A stretch of 64,000 nucleotides of DNA from PVC group bacterium (GTDB lineage: Bacteria > Auribacterota > Erginobacteria > Erginobacterales > Erginobacteraceae). Both the position numbers and the translations under genes were made by a program. Every line of letters starts with the position of its first letter. Position 1 is the stretch's first letter. The notes beneath the pieces are model-generated. The model made no database searches, was not told the DNA's origin, and saw nothing but the letters and a program-made list of their open reading frames with translations. The stretch lies in the NCBI GenBank assembly GCA_043804695.1, contig JAZDIV010000043.1, forward strand, positions 1 to 64,000, in the 5' to 3' direction. This document shows, piece after piece, positions 28,582-37,930 of the stretch.

Positions 28582-28665
28582 AGCCTTCTCCTTGATGGAT
28601 TTTCTATTTTCTCACTGTAATGATAATAGTCTTTGTTCAAAACATAAATTAGCGACCGAAGGGAG

Positions 28666-29523
28666 CTAACTTATATCCGGATTCTCAGTCAGAAGCGCCT
28701 CCGCCAGCTTTTCCATCGTCTGAAAAAGCTGCGTCCGGCAGAGCCAAGCGAGCTTCCCGGAGGTAGTCTTTAGGTTGCAGTAACTCTTAAAACGGCGGAA
28801 CCTGCTCAGCGGGAGACGGGGCTGATCCACGTCGATGTCCCGCGGGTGGACGTATACGATCAGCGGACGCCCCTGTTGATACAGGCGCTCCACCCCCCAG
28901 CGGAGAAGCCATCCCGGCGCCAGGCGGAGATAACCGCCGCCGAAAAGATGTATCCGCTTACCGATGACTGTTATGATGGATTGAGGGAACTCAACGAGCG
29001 GACCGAAGGTTGTCTCGATCAGATGTGGAGCGAGTTCCGCCCCGCCGATCCCCCCATGACTGCGATGGCAGGGAAAGATACTCGAATCATAGACGAAGCC
29101 CGCTTCCCGGATCTCCTCGAACGCCCACTGGGTCTCTTTCTTGATGCCGAACCCGGCCGCCCGGAACCCTGTGATCTCCTGTCCCGTGATGTCCTCCAGC
29201 ACCGCCTTGCTCTTGCGGATGTCGCGGCGGAACGCCTCTCTCCCCGCCGAATACGCCAGGAGATGGGCATAGCCGTGACAGGCGATCTCGTGGCCGGCGT
29301 CCCGGCAGCGCCGGACTAGCCCCGGATGCTGCTCCGCCGCCCAGCCCAGCCAGAAGATGGTGGCGGGGGTCCGGTGCCTGCCCAGAATCCCCAGCAGCTG
29401 CTCGAGATTATCCTCTAACCGGATCTCCAGCTGCGACCACTCGGAGAACACAGGGGTGGCGGGGGTGTCCAGGATGTGGAACCAGTCCTCGGCGTCAATG
29501 GTAAAAACGGCGCTTCTTTTCAC
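28666..29523 (-). CDS. Polysaccharide deacetylase (DUF3473-containing type)
   Basis: FTIDAEDWFH, HEIACHGYAH, GFRA, YDSSIFP, GGGYLRL, YVHPRDID. Confidence 0.88.
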   Translation of the reverse strand: MKRSAVFTIDAEDWFHILDTPATPVFSEWSQLEIRLEDNLEQLLGILGRHRTPATIFWLGWAAEQHPGLVRRCRDAGHEIACHGYAHLLAYSAGREAFRRDIRKSKAVLEDITGQEITGFRAAGFGIKKETQWAFEEIREAGFVYDSSIFPCHRSHGGIGGAELAPHLIETTFGPLVEFPQSIITVIGKRIHLFGGGYLRLAPGWLLRWGVERLYQQGRPLIVYVHPRDIDVDQPRLPLSRFRRFKSYCNLKTTSGKLAWLCRTQLFQTMEKLAEALLTENPDIS

Positions 29524-29526
29524 CGG

Positions 29527-30309
29527 TTAAAAGAACCTCCGGCCGGCCTTTCTGAAAATTTTCCGGTCCTTCGCGGTCGGGAAAGAGAAGTAGGTGGAAT
29601 CCTCCTCCCGGTTCGGCCTCCGTTCCGCTTTCCCCTCCTTGATGAGACGGATGGCGTCCACCAGAACCTCTGCTCCGGCGGCTTTTGTCTTCCGGACGAG
29701 TGAATCCCAGGTGTCTTCCGGGGAGATCTCGACCTCCCGCTGCAAGATAATGTCCCCGTCGTCCAGTTTGGCCGCCAGGTCATGAACGGTGACGGCGGTC
29801 CTGCTCTCGCCGTTCCGGAGAACCCAGAAAGCCGGCATCAGGCCCCGGTAGCGGGGGAGCGGAGCCCCGTGCACGTTGATGCAGCCCCGGGGGAGCCGTT
29901 CCCGGATGGCTTTCCCGATGATCTGCGGGCAGCTGATGGAGATCAGGAGCTCGGGCCGGTACCGGGTCAAAAGATTCTGGAATTCCCGGCTCTTTACCCG
30001 GTCGATTTCGTAATAGGGCATCCGGAAGACCCGGGCTACCTGCCGGATGGAATGAAAGGAACCACCGATCCCGGGCCGGGTCAGCCGGGACAAAACCGCG
30101 GCTTTGATCACCCTCCCCCCCATGATGGCCGTCCCCCGCCATCCGAAGAGGCGGAGGTGCCTGACCAGCCCTTTAACGGCCCCCCCGTGGGTGCTCATGG
30201 CCGGCGCGGAGACGATACAAACGATCTCTCCCGGGAATTCGCGGCAGATCCGGGCAAATGACTTTGGCAGGTAGAGCCCTTCATTCTGGGTCAGGATAAT
30301 AATTTTCAT
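29527..30309 (-). CDS. Formyltransferase (probable sugar N-formyltransferase)
   Basis: INVHGAPLPRYRGLMP, TVH....LDDGDII. Confidence 0.85.
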   Translation of the reverse strand: MKIIILTQNEGLYLPKSFARICREFPGEIVCIVSAPAMSTHGGAVKGLVRHLRLFGWRGTAIMGGRVIKAAVLSRLTRPGIGGSFHSIRQVARVFRMPYYEIDRVKSREFQNLLTRYRPELLISISCPQIIGKAIRERLPRGCINVHGAPLPRYRGLMPAFWVLRNGESRTAVTVHDLAAKLDDGDIILQREVEISPEDTWDSLVRKTKAAGAEVLVDAIRLIKEGKAERRPNREEDSTYFSFPTAKDRKIFRKAGRRFF

Positions 30310-30612
30310 GTAAATTAGCTCGCTGCGCTCGCTAATTTATGCTGGATCGTTCTTCACTCCGTTCAGGACTATCAGTAGATGTAGTAAATGTAGTATCGCC
30401 TTGCCGGAGGCCCGGCTTGCTGAATTGCAAGCGAAGCGATCCTACAATTACGGCAAAGAATGCCGAAGGTATTCTGATCCTACAAGTCCTGTCGTAGATC
30501 CTGAGCGTGCCGAAGGAAGCGAAGCGAAAAGACGATACTACACTACCGGATTTCTTTTTAAAAATTCCGAAGCAATAAATTACCTCACTCCCTTACTCTA
30601 TATCTTTTTATC

Positions 30613-30640
30613 CTTCGTGTCCTTCGTGACCTTCGTGGTT
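30613..30640 (-). repeat. CACGAAG-family repeat (3 units) containing an unoccupied IS110 target
   Basis: CTTCGTGTCCTTCGTGACCTTCGTGGTT on the + strand. Confidence 0.85.
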
Positions 30641-30656
30641 TATTGATCTCTATTCC

Positions 30657-31895
30657 TCAAGGAATGGTTTTATTCCCGACTTCTTCGATCAGACGGAGAT
30701 ACTTTCCGGCCAGCTCGTCCGGGTCATGATGACGGGCGACATAGTCACGGCCGGAGTGGCCGAAGTGTACCGCTTCTTCCGGATGATCGGCAAGGTATAT
30801 CAGGCTCCGGGCCAGTTCATGATGGTTTTCCGGCTCGATGCAGATGCCGGCGCCGGCCCGTTCGGTCAACGCGGCTGCCTGGCCGGCTACTCCCATGATG
30901 ACCGGTTTCCCCATCGCCGCCGCCTCGAAAAATTTCGAGGGCAACACCGTTGTGAAGAGTTCGCTGTTTTTCAGATGCGCGAGACAGGCGTCCGAGGCGG
31001 CGAAAAAGCCGGGGATCTCCTCTTTCGGCCGCCGCCCCGCGAAGATGACGTTGTCCAGACCCTCCTGCCGGCAGATCTCTTCCAGCTTCTCCCGGATCGC
31101 CCCGTCCCCGACCAGCATGATGACGATGTCTTCCCTCCCCATCTCCTTGAGGAGACGGGCCGCCCGGGGCACCACCTCCAGGCCGGAACAGAGACCCAGC
31201 GTCCCGATGTAGGAGCAGACATATTTCCCTTCCACTCTGTACTGCTGCCGGATCGTCCGATCGGGGGGCCGCGGGGAAAAAAATGCCAGGTCGGCCCCGG
31301 TGTGGATGACATTAACCTTACCCGGGGGGACCCCCAGCCGGATCAGGTTCTCCCGGTACCCCTCGCCGACGGCCACGATCCGGTCCGCCCCGGCATACAT
31401 CCGCCGGGCCAGCCAATCGAGAAACCGGAGAATTCGCTGATTCCTCATCGCCCCGATCGCGACGATGGTCTCCGGCCAGAGATCGCGGATTTCGAGGATG
31501 AAAGGCGCCCGCCGCAGCCGGGCGGCGATCAGGCCGGCCCAGCCGCAGAAAAACTGGGGGGAGGTAGCGATAATGACCCGCGGCTTTTTCAGAGGCAGGC
31601 TGAAGCAGATGGCCGAGATCATGTACGATAGAAAGTTGAGGATCCTCTTCCCGGTCCCCCGGTTCGGCGCCAGGTAGGTCCAGACCCGGATCACCTCGAT
31701 CCCGTCCACGATCTCCCGGCTCCGCGGCCGGTTGCGGTACCCGGGATAGACCTTCCCGTCGGGGACATTGGGAGCGCAGGTGATCACGGTGACCCGGTGC
31801 CCAGACCGGACCCAGCGGCGGCAGTTTTCATACGTCCGGGAGGCGGGAGCGTTTCCTTCGGGGGGAAAATAATGGCTGAAGAAGAGTATCTGCAT
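30657..31895 (-). CDS. GT4 glycosyltransferase (WbuB-like)
   Basis: HYFPPEGNAPA, ATSPQFF, EIRDLWPE, PSKFFEAAAMGKPV. Confidence 0.9.
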   Translation of the reverse strand: MQILFFSHYFPPEGNAPASRTYENCRRWVRSGHRVTVITCAPNVPDGKVYPGYRNRPRSREIVDGIEVIRVWTYLAPNRGTGKRILNFLSYMISAICFSLPLKKPRVIIATSPQFFCGWAGLIAARLRRAPFILEIRDLWPETIVAIGAMRNQRILRFLDWLARRMYAGADRIVAVGEGYRENLIRLGVPPGKVNVIHTGADLAFFSPRPPDRTIRQQYRVEGKYVCSYIGTLGLCSGLEVVPRAARLLKEMGREDIVIMLVGDGAIREKLEEICRQEGLDNVIFAGRRPKEEIPGFFAASDACLAHLKNSELFTTVLPSKFFEAAAMGKPVIMGVAGQAAALTERAGAGICIEPENHHELARSLIYLADHPEEAVHFGHSGRDYVARHHDPDELAGKYLRLIEEVGNKTIP

Positions 31896-31897
31896 GG

Positions 31898-34036
31898 TCA
31901 GGATAGCTCGATAAGCCGGCCGGTGGATGCCGCCTCGACCGCGGCCAGGGTGGCACGGGTCACGTTGACCAGATCGGCAAAAGGTATCAGAGGCAGCCCC
32001 CCTTCCCTGATCCGATTGATGAACAGTTTGATTTCGGCCTGATGCCCCTTGTCCTGACGCCGGGTCTTGAAAAGGCGAAATCCCTTGAAACCATAACCGC
32101 GGGTCACCCGGAAATTCTCCATCCGGATTACCCGTCCGCCTGAAAAAACTTCAAGCGTCTCCTTGGGATACCTTTTCGGACCGTTGGCGAAGTAGTTGAT
32201 GGTTCCGATCGAGCCGTCTTCAAGCCCGATGATAACGGCCATCTTGTCCTCCCGGACCGCCGGGCCGGGGCCCACCATCAAGGCGGCAACAGTTCTGACG
32301 GGGCTCTGAGCGAGGCAGGAGAAAAGATCGATAAAGTGGCAACCCTCCCCGATTATCCTCCCCCCCCCACGTTCGGGATCCTGGGTCCAGTGATCGGGCG
32401 GGATCTCACCGGCGTTCACGGTCATGTTCATGCAAAGAGGGCCGGTTCTCCCCCGGAGGAGTTCGATGATTTTCTTGGTGTGCGGACTGAAACGACGGTT
32501 GAAGCCAACCATTAGGGATTGGGGATTAGGGAGTAGGGATTGGTATATGGAGATACTCTCGTCCAATTCCGATTCGTTGATGGCGAGGGGTTTTTCAACG
32601 AAGGTGTGCTTTCCCGCCTGGAGGGACTCGCAGACGAAGCGGGCGTGGAGATGATGTCCGACGGCGATAAATACGGTGTTGACCTCCGGATCGTCGAGAA
32701 TTACCCGGTAATCGGTTGCCGCCTGCTCACCGCCATATTTCCGGGCCGCCTCGCGGGCAGCCGCACCATCCAGATCGGCTATATACTTTATCCGGGCGTC
32801 TGTCTTTGCCAGTGCCGGAAGGAGGATCGCTCTGGAAAAATTCCCGGCGCCGATCAGACCCACCGTTACCGGGCCGGCGGGACCTGATGGAACCGTTTTC
32901 ACCGTTATAATCCCGGATCGCTCAACCTGAACCGGATACTGGAGTATGATTCCCAGGGAAGCGGTGCTATCCCCGACCTTCTGATAGGCCTTACCGGCGT
33001 CACTGATCGAAAAACGATCCGTAATAAGATCTTTGACCCGAAGCCGGTTTTCCTTGATCGCCGCCAGGACAGCTTCAAAATTCCGCTGCTCGGTCCAGCG
33101 GACAAAACCATAGGGGTAATCCCGTCCTTCCTGTTCGTAGTTCTCGTCATAACGCCCCGGGCCGTAGGAACAGGAGACCTGGAAAGTGAGTTCTTTCTCG
33201 TAAAAATCGCTCCGGCGCAGGTTAAGTCCAACCACTCCCACCAGCACAATCCGGCCCCGCTTCCGGCAGGCCCGGGCCGACTGGTGGACGATCTCGTCGG
33301 TCTTGGCCGAAGCGGTGATCAAAACCCCGTCTACGCCCCTTCCCCCGGTCTCGGATAGCGCCGCCGCTATCGGATCACCTCCGGTCGACAGATCAACGGT
33401 CCGGGCGCTGAATCCTTCGGCCAGGTTTAAACGTCCCGAATCCAGATCCACCGCCAGAACTTCGCAGCCGCTGGACCGGAGAAGCTGAACCGTTATCAAA
33501 CCGATCAACCCCATCCCGAAGATCATGAATTTCTCGCCCAGCTCAGGTTTAACCAATCGAATCCCCTGGAGAGCGATACTGCCCAGCACGGCGAAAGCCG
33601 CTTCTTCATCGGTGACCCCCTCGGGAATCCGGGCGCAGAGGTTGCGGGGCACCGAAACAATCTCGGCGTGGGGGCCGTTGCTTGCCACCCGGTCGCCGGG
33701 CTGAAGATCACGGACCCGCGCGCCGACCTCCAGGACCACCCCGCTGTTGCAGTAGCCCAGCGGCAGCGGCTGGTCGAGCTTGCGGAAGACCGCCTCCAGA
33801 GTCGGGATCAGGCCGTCGGTTTTTATCTTGTCCAGAACCTGCCTTACCTTTTCCGGCTGCTGCCGCGCCTTCCGGACCAGGTTGGCCCGGCTGAACTCGA
33901 CCAGCATCCGCTCGGTTCCCGGGGAAATCAGGGAAGCCCTGGTCGAAATCAATACCTCCCCCGGACCGGGACGGGGAGCCGGGACCTCCGCCACCTCGAT
34001 CTGGCCTGTGCGAAGGAGTTGGAGAATCTGTTTCAT
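31898..34036 (-). CDS. Bi-domain oxidoreductase (MDR/ADH-like plus Gfo/Idh/MocA)
   Basis: ISPGTER, PLGY, GMGLIG, SCSYGPGRYD; second domain IGAGNF, FVEKP, VGFNRRF, GEGCHFID, DKGH. Confidence 0.9.
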   Translation of the reverse strand: MKQILQLLRTGQIEVAEVPAPRPGPGEVLISTRASLISPGTERMLVEFSRANLVRKARQQPEKVRQVLDKIKTDGLIPTLEAVFRKLDQPLPLGYCNSGVVLEVGARVRDLQPGDRVASNGPHAEIVSVPRNLCARIPEGVTDEEAAFAVLGSIALQGIRLVKPELGEKFMIFGMGLIGLITVQLLRSSGCEVLAVDLDSGRLNLAEGFSARTVDLSTGGDPIAAALSETGGRGVDGVLITASAKTDEIVHQSARACRKRGRIVLVGVVGLNLRRSDFYEKELTFQVSCSYGPGRYDENYEQEGRDYPYGFVRWTEQRNFEAVLAAIKENRLRVKDLITDRFSISDAGKAYQKVGDSTASLGIILQYPVQVERSGIITVKTVPSGPAGPVTVGLIGAGNFSRAILLPALAKTDARIKYIADLDGAAAREAARKYGGEQAATDYRVILDDPEVNTVFIAVGHHLHARFVCESLQAGKHTFVEKPLAINESELDESISIYQSLLPNPQSLMVGFNRRFSPHTKKIIELLRGRTGPLCMNMTVNAGEIPPDHWTQDPERGGGRIIGEGCHFIDLFSCLAQSPVRTVAALMVGPGPAVREDKMAVIIGLEDGSIGTINYFANGPKRYPKETLEVFSGGRVIRMENFRVTRGYGFKGFRLFKTRRQDKGHQAEIKLFINRIREGGLPLIPFADLVNVTRATLAAVEAASTGRLIELS

Positions 34037-34782
34037 TACAAATCGTCTTTCCCCAAATTGATTAACTCTTTGCGCCGAAAAACGCCGATAATATTGATCC
34101 GAAAATCTTCAAGAAAAGCAAAGAATGAAACCATCCGCTCATAAGCGATCCCGGCCAAAAAGCTGGGGGTCGAGAACATCAGATAATTCGGGTTGCACTC
34201 AAGCAGATAGAGTTTCTCCTCTAAAAAACCGGCCTGGGAAAACAGGCTGCGGATTGTTCTGCGGGTGTTCATCCGATAAACCGTCGGGAAGGTGTCTTCC
34301 CCTAATCGGCCTCGTAGACGATTATAGAACGCATGAAAGCGATGTGGGGTCAGGCGTGAAAATAGAGACATATAATGCCATTTATTGGGTGTCAAAAAAA
34401 CAAACTGCCCGTCAGGACGCAGCACGCGACGAAGTTCGGTCAGAAAGATCTTGGGGTGCTGAATGTGTTCGAGTACGTACCGCGAGAAGACTAAATCAAA
34501 GTACCCGTCGGGGAAAGGCAGCTGGCTCAAATCGGTCACCACGCCAAAATCGAGGCAGGGGTTGTCGACCACTTTAGGGTCGAGATCTGCTCCGACCATC
34601 TTGGCTACACAACCTTTCAGGTTGTATGAAAACTTTTCTCCCCTTCCTGCCCCAGCGTCTAAGATGCGGGTCTGCGTCGTACTACGCTTTTTAATCTCAG
34701 CAAGAAATGGGGCATCATTATTGAACCGTTCGGGGGAATAAAACCGTCCCCTTAGTTCCTTAGCGCTCCAGAAACGTTTCAT
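34036..34782 (-). CDS. Class I SAM-dependent methyltransferase
   Basis: ILDAGAGRG, LPFPDGYFDLV, VLEH, LRPDG..TPN. Start placed at 34782 because the upstream ORF extension runs into a repeat. Confidence 0.82.
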   Translation of the reverse strand: MKRFWSAKELRGRFYSPERFNNDAPFLAEIKKRSTTQTRILDAGAGRGEKFSYNLKGCVAKMVGADLDPKVVDNPCLDFGVVTDLSQLPFPDGYFDLVFSRYVLEHIQHPKIFLTELRRVLRPDGQFVFLTPNKWHYMSLFSRLTPHRFHAFYNRLRGRLGEDTFPTVYRMNTRRTIRSLFSQAGFLEEKLYLLECNPNYLMFSTPSFLAGIAYERMVSFFAFLEDFRINIIGVFRRKELINLGKDDL

Positions 34783-34836
34783 AAAGAATACCTGAAATAG
34801 GGTATTTTGACAAATGCCCATTTCCCAAATTTTTGC

Positions 34837-34941
34837 GTCATTGCGAGAAACGGAGCGACGAAGCAATCTTAACCAATTGGGATATAGCTTATTCCGATCA
34901 CCTTTCAGATCGCTTCTCCGCCTGAGGCGGATCGCGATGAC
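34837..34941. repeat. Palindromic dispersed repeat of GTCATTGCGAG..GAAGCAATC..GATCGCTTC..TCGCGATGAC type
   Basis: Nested inverted repeats with these termini in the intergenic space. Confidence 0.65.
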
Positions 34942-35043
34942 ATTTTAGGGAGTTGTCGGACAGTCTCCTAAGGATATCAGCAGCGTGAAGACATGTCAAC
35001 ACGGTCACGGTCATATTGAATCGCGCAGGTGGAATTGCCGATT

Positions 35044-36615
35044 TTATGATCGTAGCTGCCGTTGAAGTTCCTCCTCCAGGTCGAGCATCAGGGTATTGGT
35101 GGTTTCGATGGACTCTAGGGAGTCTCCCTTTTCCCCGGCGATTATTTTCCGGGAGATCTCCCGGTACATCCGGCGGTAAACTTCAATCTTGTTGATGCCT
35201 GTCTTCCGGATGATCCGGAAACGGTCCTCGGCTCGGTAGGAAGAACTGTTGACGATCGTCACCGTGCGGTCTTCCCTCCGCATCGCCATGTATTCCTGGA
35301 CCCCGATCCTCTGGCTCCCCAGGTGGGTGAGATGGAGGACCAGGCAGGCCCCGTTGTCAAGCTCGACCGTCGCCACCGTGTCCCCGTTCGAGATCCGGCT
35401 TACCGCCTGGCGGACCGGCCGGGCGAAATCGTTCATAAACAGGAAGTGGTCAAGCCAGTGGCACCCGTTGCTGACCAGGTGGCTCCCGGAGTTTGGCCAA
35501 CAGTACCAGTGGTGCGGAGGCAGGGGGATTTCATAGACGTCGGCGGTGATATGGATAGGGTCGCCGGGGCCCTGCCGCAGGTCGAGGCGGGCCAAGGCGA
35601 AGAGGGGGTTATAGCGCATCTGGAAGCAGCTGTAGAGCCGACCGCCGGTCCGGGTCAGGGACGCGGTGAGCCCGGCCAGCTGCTCCCGAGTGGTGACGAC
35701 CGGTTTTTCCACCACGGCCGCCGCCCCCCGGTCCAGGGCCCGGACCGCCAATCCGGCGTGGGTATGGTGGTAACCGGCGATCAGGTGAACGTCGTACTCC
35801 ACCTCGTCTTCCCCGGCCGGGTCGGTGGAAACGGCAAAATCATTCCGGAAATTCCGGGTGATCTGGGTGGGGTCCACTTCGTGGACGGAGGCGATCCGGA
35901 TCGCCGGGTGCAGCCCGGGGATAATCTGGGTCTTGGCGTAGTTGCCCAGGCCGTAAAGAACGGCGGTGAAACGGGGGCGGGTGGCGTCCCGGGGGAACAT
36001 GGGCGACGACGTCTCCACCCCGGAAGGAACGGGAAGGGGGAGAAGCCGGAAGGCGCCGACCGGCCGCGACCAATAGTCCGCCGCCGCCGCTAGGATGTCG
36101 TTTTGGAGGCCAAACGGGATCGGGCGCCCCGATTCCGGCTGCCACCCGATGATCTCCGCCAGGCGGGGGATAACGGGGCCAGCCGCGTAAAAACGAATCC
36201 ATTCCCGGGTGCGGTGAAGTTCGGCGACCTCCGGGGAGATCGGACGAACCAGGTCGGGAGGTAGGACAATCCTCTCCACGCAGCTGGGGTGGGCCGGGGC
36301 GATGAAGACCACCGGGTTTCCCTCCTCCCTGCCGCCTCTGTCATCCGATGAGATTATCTTGCCCAGTCCGGTGGAGAAATATTTCTCGTTCCTTCTCCTC
36401 TCGGCGAGGCGGGAACGGACCTTGCGGATAACGGCCCGGAGTCCGAACTCTCCCAGGTACTCCCGGAGCATACCCCACTTCCGGGGGCGGGCCAGGTACA
36501 TCCCCGTGATCGGCCGGACAACCGCCCAGGCGGTGACCGCAATGCGCAGATGACCCTCCGGCCGGTGGTAATCCAGAACCCGGTCTTCCCAGCTATCGCC
36601 GCTCAGAAGGTACAT
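35044..36615 (-). CDS. Gfo/Idh/MocA oxidoreductase with degenerate N-terminal MDR-like segment
   Basis: YGLGNY, VVEKP, FQMRY, SNGCHWLD; N-terminus echoes the 31898..34036 N-terminus. Confidence 0.75.
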   Translation of the reverse strand: MYLLSGDSWEDRVLDYHRPEGHLRIAVTAWAVVRPITGMYLARPRKWGMLREYLGEFGLRAVIRKVRSRLAERRRNEKYFSTGLGKIISSDDRGGREEGNPVVFIAPAHPSCVERIVLPPDLVRPISPEVAELHRTREWIRFYAAGPVIPRLAEIIGWQPESGRPIPFGLQNDILAAAADYWSRPVGAFRLLPLPVPSGVETSSPMFPRDATRPRFTAVLYGLGNYAKTQIIPGLHPAIRIASVHEVDPTQITRNFRNDFAVSTDPAGEDEVEYDVHLIAGYHHTHAGLAVRALDRGAAAVVEKPVVTTREQLAGLTASLTRTGGRLYSCFQMRYNPLFALARLDLRQGPGDPIHITADVYEIPLPPHHWYCWPNSGSHLVSNGCHWLDHFLFMNDFARPVRQAVSRISNGDTVATVELDNGACLVLHLTHLGSQRIGVQEYMAMRREDRTVTIVNSSSYRAEDRFRIIRKTGINKIEVYRRMYREISRKIIAGEKGDSLESIETTNTLMLDLEEELQRQLRS

Positions 36616-36619
36616 GAGC

Positions 36620-37780
36620 TCAATCCGCCTCCTTCTTTCCCAGCTCCCGCAAAGCCGTCAGGAAGGTTTGGGAGACTTCATCCCAGTTGATGAATCGTCC
36701 CTCGGACTGTTTCTTCCCGGCCCTGATCAGGGACCCGGCCGTATCGGGACCGTTCCGGAGATGCGCGATCGCATCCTGGATCGAGGAGGGATTCCAGGGA
36801 TCGAAGTACAGGGCCGCGTCCCCGCAGACTTCGTGAGCGAAGTCCAGATCGCTGGTGAGGATCGGCACCCCGTAGTGCATCGCTTCCAGATAACTTCCGC
36901 TGAATATCTCCATGAGAGAAGGCATCAGCAGGGCGTCCACATGACTGTAATAGTTAGCCAGTTCCGGTTGAAGCCACCGGGAGCCGATATTGATGATCTT
37001 CTTTTCCAGGTGTTTCTTCCTGATGTCGTCGAGAAGGCGCTTCACCGCCGATTGCTGATCCGGAGCCACGGTTATAAATAGAACGGTATCCTCCAATTGC
37101 TCCCGGTAGCGATCAAAGAGATCAACCAGAACTTCAATATTTTTATGAGGATAATATCTCGCGATATAAAAGAGCTTAAAGTGATCCGGGAATGGTTGGA
37201 ACTCCGGAGGGGGAGGTGTACCCGGGGAGACGGCGCGGGTAAATTCCGAGATAGCATTGGGGAGAATGATGGACCTACCCCGGTAATTATATCGGCTGCG
37301 GATGCGGCTATCCGTCACCCGGGTAGGAGTAAAGACAAGGCCGGTCCGGCGGAGATCCCGGGAGAAGACAAGTCGCTTGAGATAAATTTCGAATAACTCT
37401 TTTATACTGATCGAACGGCCGAAGTGACGGCGGGAATAGAGCAGATACGGATTAAGACAGATGATGGCCTGCGGGTAAAGCTTTTTCCCCTGGTATCCCA
37501 GGCTGGACATTCCCACGACAATATCCGGCCGGAACCGGTCCAGCCGTTTCGGAAGCAGCCGGTGATCGAAACGCCACCGCCGCGACCAGGAATGGTCGCG
37601 GAGAGGAATTATTTCCCGGTCCGGCAGGCTCTCGCAGATCGCCTCATAGCCGAGTCCTCCGGGTATGCTGACCAGATACCTCTCGCCGGGCGCGAGCCTC
37701 CCCAGGGCGGCAATGATGTTATGCCCCACCGATATCCCCCCTCCTCCCCGGAGGGCGTGGCAGAGTAATGCGATTCTCAT
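36620..37780 (-). CDS. GT4 glycosyltransferase
   Basis: HKNIE, MPSLMEIFSGSYLEAMHYGVPILTSD, EVCGDAALYFDP. Confidence 0.9.
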   Translation of the reverse strand: MRIALLCHALRGGGGISVGHNIIAALGRLAPGERYLVSIPGGLGYEAICESLPDREIIPLRDHSWSRRWRFDHRLLPKRLDRFRPDIVVGMSSLGYQGKKLYPQAIICLNPYLLYSRRHFGRSISIKELFEIYLKRLVFSRDLRRTGLVFTPTRVTDSRIRSRYNYRGRSIILPNAISEFTRAVSPGTPPPPEFQPFPDHFKLFYIARYYPHKNIEVLVDLFDRYREQLEDTVLFITVAPDQQSAVKRLLDDIRKKHLEKKIINIGSRWLQPELANYYSHVDALLMPSLMEIFSGSYLEAMHYGVPILTSDLDFAHEVCGDAALYFDPWNPSSIQDAIAHLRNGPDTAGSLIRAGKKQSEGRFINWDEVSQTFLTALRELGKKEAD

Positions 37781-37930
37781 TCAATTACCTTTAAAAACAA
37801 TTCTAACCACGAAGTTACCATGTAGACTGCAAAATAAAAAGCCAGTCACTCGCAATGGGTTTTAATGGGGATAAAGATCAAGTATTATAGACGAACGTTT
37901 ATAAACCCCCAAACCCAAAGAGGACTGGCT

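Noticed and set aside
28666..29523. PEP-CTERM/exosortase system
   Set aside because: The deacetylase resembles those in such loci, but no exosortase or PEP-CTERM tail is visible in the window.
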